Below, piece after piece: positions 61,815 to 64,000 of a DNA stretch of 64,000 bases. The notes beneath the pieces were generated by a model. The model saw nothing but the letters and a program-made list of their open reading frames with translations. It was not told the DNA's origin and searched no databases. The DNA is taken from positions 184,326,001 to 184,390,000 of the forward strand of contig NC_086097.1 in the NCBI RefSeq assembly GCF_963921235.1, written 5' to 3'. Every line of letters starts with the position of its first letter. Position 1 is the first letter of the stretch. Origin of the DNA: Mobula hypostoma. Its lineage: Eukaryota. The translations under genes were made by a program, and so were the position numbers.

Positions 61815-63125
61815 GATATTGGTACTGATATTGGATTATTATTGTACTGAGAAGTATTGGAAAGCTTGTCCTACATCTTGCTCATGCAAATTATATCATT
61901 ACATAGTGCATTAAGGTAGAACAAGGCTAAACAATAACCATCAGAATCAGGTTTAATACTGCTGGCATATGTTGTGAAATTTCTTGTTTTGCATCAGCAG
62001 TACATTGCAATACATAAAATTTAAAAAAAACTATAAATTACAATAAGAAGTATGTATAAAATATATTAAATAATAGTGCAACATGAGAACAAAAAAAATA
62101 GTCAGGTAGTGCACATGGGTTCATTGTCCATTCAGAAATCCGATGGTGGAGGGGAAAAGGCTGCTCCTGAAATATTGAGTGTGTGTCTTCAGGATCCTGT
62201 GCCTCCTCCTTGATGGGAGCAATGAGAAGAGGTCAGATGAGAATGTGTAAAAGCTAGAGAAAGTCACTGCAGGTAATCAATAAAGTGCAAAATCATTACA
62301 AGGTAGATTGTGAGATCAAGGTCCATTTTATCATATTACGGAACCATTTAATAGTTTTATTAATGCAGTGTTGAAGCTGTCCTTGAGTCTGGTGGTACGT
62401 GCTTTCAGGTTTTTTTTATCTTCTGCTTGATGGAAGAGGCTAGGAGAGAGAATGTTCAGGGCAGGTGGGGTCTTTGATTATGCTGGCTGCTTTACTGAGG
62501 CAGTGAGACGTGTAGACAGAGTCCATAGAGGGGAGGCTGTTTTCTGAGGTGTGCTGAGCTGTGTCCACAGCTCCCTGCAGTTTCTCTCAGTCATGTGCAG
62601 ATCACTTGCCATACCATGTGTAAACCATCCAGATAGGATGTCTTTTATAATTCATCAATAAAAATTGGTAACGATTGATGGGAACGTACCAAATTTCAAA
62701 GTTTAAAGTGCATGTAATAGTCTAGTATGTGTACTGTACACAGCCTTGAGATTTATCTTCTTGCAGGCAGCCACAAAACAAAGAAACACAATAGAACCCA
62801 TTAAAAACACCACACAACAAAGACAGTCAAAACACCCGATGTGTGATAAAAAGAACAAATCATCTGAGCAATAAAAAAGTAAACAAATATCACAGAACAT
62901 TAACTGCAGAGTCTCCGAAAATGAGTCCACAGCCATGAAGGCATTTCAGTGCTGAGGCAAGTGCTGATAGTTGCAGGCCACAGCTGCAAAGTCAGTTCAG
63001 TGCTGAAGCAATTAATCCTTGTGGTATAGTGAGCTAAACACTGGCTTATCCTTCACCAGTTGCAGAAATAATTTAAAAAATGTACATAAAAGCACATGGA
63101 ACATGAACTGCAGAGTGTCCTGAAG
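61815..63125 (-). mobile_element. Rex1 3' fragments (61815-62695 with a nested copy at 61940-62232; a further tail at 62697-63125)
   Basis: Reverse-complement Rex1 UTRs; nested copy starts ATCAGAATCAGG. Confidence 0.75.
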
Positions 63126-63276
63126 TTTGTTTATCCTCCTAGGGAAGTAAAGGCAAGTGAACCTGGTTAGCTGTGGCCTCTACATGATTGGATCAGGCCA
63201 GGTTTGGGACTCAGTTTTGCACTGGTACTCCTTCTCAGTACTCCACATCCTTCCTACAATGCAGCAACAAGAAATA

Positions 63277-64000
63277 CAGGTTTCCCCCGCCATCCGAAGG
63301 TAGAGCGTTCCTATGAAACAGTTCGTAAGCCGAAATGTCGTAAAGCGAAGAAGCAATTACCATTTATTTATATGGGAAAATTTTGTGAGCGTTCGCAGAC
63401 CCAAAAATAACCTACCAAATCATGCCAAATAACACATAAAACCTAAAATAACAGTGACATATAGTAAAGGCAGGAATGATATGATAAATACACAGCCTAT
63501 ATAAAGTAGAAATACTTCTCTACAACGATTGCCTGCACAGATCTCCGTAGCGAAAATCTCACGCAAGCGCTGTTGGCATAAACGCGCTGTCCAGTAACCT
63601 TTGAACTATGAAGCTGCCAAATCTACCAAATAACACGTAAAAATACACGGCCTATATAAAGTAGAATTAATGTATGTACAGTGTAGTATCACTTACCGGA
63701 ATTGGGAAAACAGCGCCGAGCACACTGATGATGGTGTGTTAGACTGAGTCATCGCAGGCTGGGTGGTGCAGTGGCCCCCACCCTCAGGGCCGTTGACCCG
63801 ATACATTGCCGTGAAGAACACAGTGGTAGCTGGGAGGCACACAGCACATCGTTAAGAAAAAAGCCGAAATAACCATGCTAATTAATTAGGTGCTGCCCGG
63901 CACGTAAATGTCGGCGCAGATCAAAGGCAATTGCCGATTGCATCACCTCTGATCTGGGCCGACATTACATGCTAGGTGGCACCTAATTAATTAGCATGTT
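63277..64000. mobile_element. Tigger/pogo-like MITE (runs off the window)
   Basis: TA followed by CAGGTTTCCCCCGCCATCCGAAGG terminus; CpG-rich subterminal TTCGTAAGCCGAAATGTCGTAAAGCGAA. Confidence 0.7.
63769..64000. mobile_element. hAT MITE (same family as 36857) inside the Tigger-like element
   Basis: CAGTGGCCCCCACC start; shares AAGAAAAAAGCCGAAATAA..GCTAATTAATTAGGTGCTGCCCGG with 36950-36995. Confidence 0.85.

Noticed and set aside
1-64000. Minus-strand bias of Rex1 copies as evidence of a plus-strand host intron
   Set aside because: Roughly 13 minus versus 6 plus is too few to be persuasive, and CR1 copies show no such bias.

Overview
AT-rich, CpG-depleted vertebrate genomic DNA. The repeat inventory (HE1/V-SINE, HER1-type CR1, Rex1/Babar, Neptune-type Penelope) points to a cartilaginous fish, probably a ray; this is inference. 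I recognise no host protein-coding gene: every ORF with an identifiable product comes from a transposable element, so the window looks intergenic or deep-intronic. By eye over half of it is TE-derived: many CR1 and Rex1/Babar LINE fragments, RTE fragments, tRNA-derived SINEs, a decayed ~6.9 kb Gypsy LTR element with a PNMA-like gag (36651-43509, minus), Tc1, mariner, hAT and Tigger DNA-transposon derivatives, and Penelope-like elements (PLEs). The most notable signal is the PLE system. Two young copies carry a minimal hammerhead ribozyme (CTGACGA-A-stem II-GAAACGTC) whose helix III appears able to form only between two copies. Three short fold-back units built from the PLE terminus sit between 10-14 bp target-site duplications (TSDs). 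Three PLE-family insertions landed inside older PLE copies. Boundaries of old repeats are approximate and were read by eye; no database search was run.
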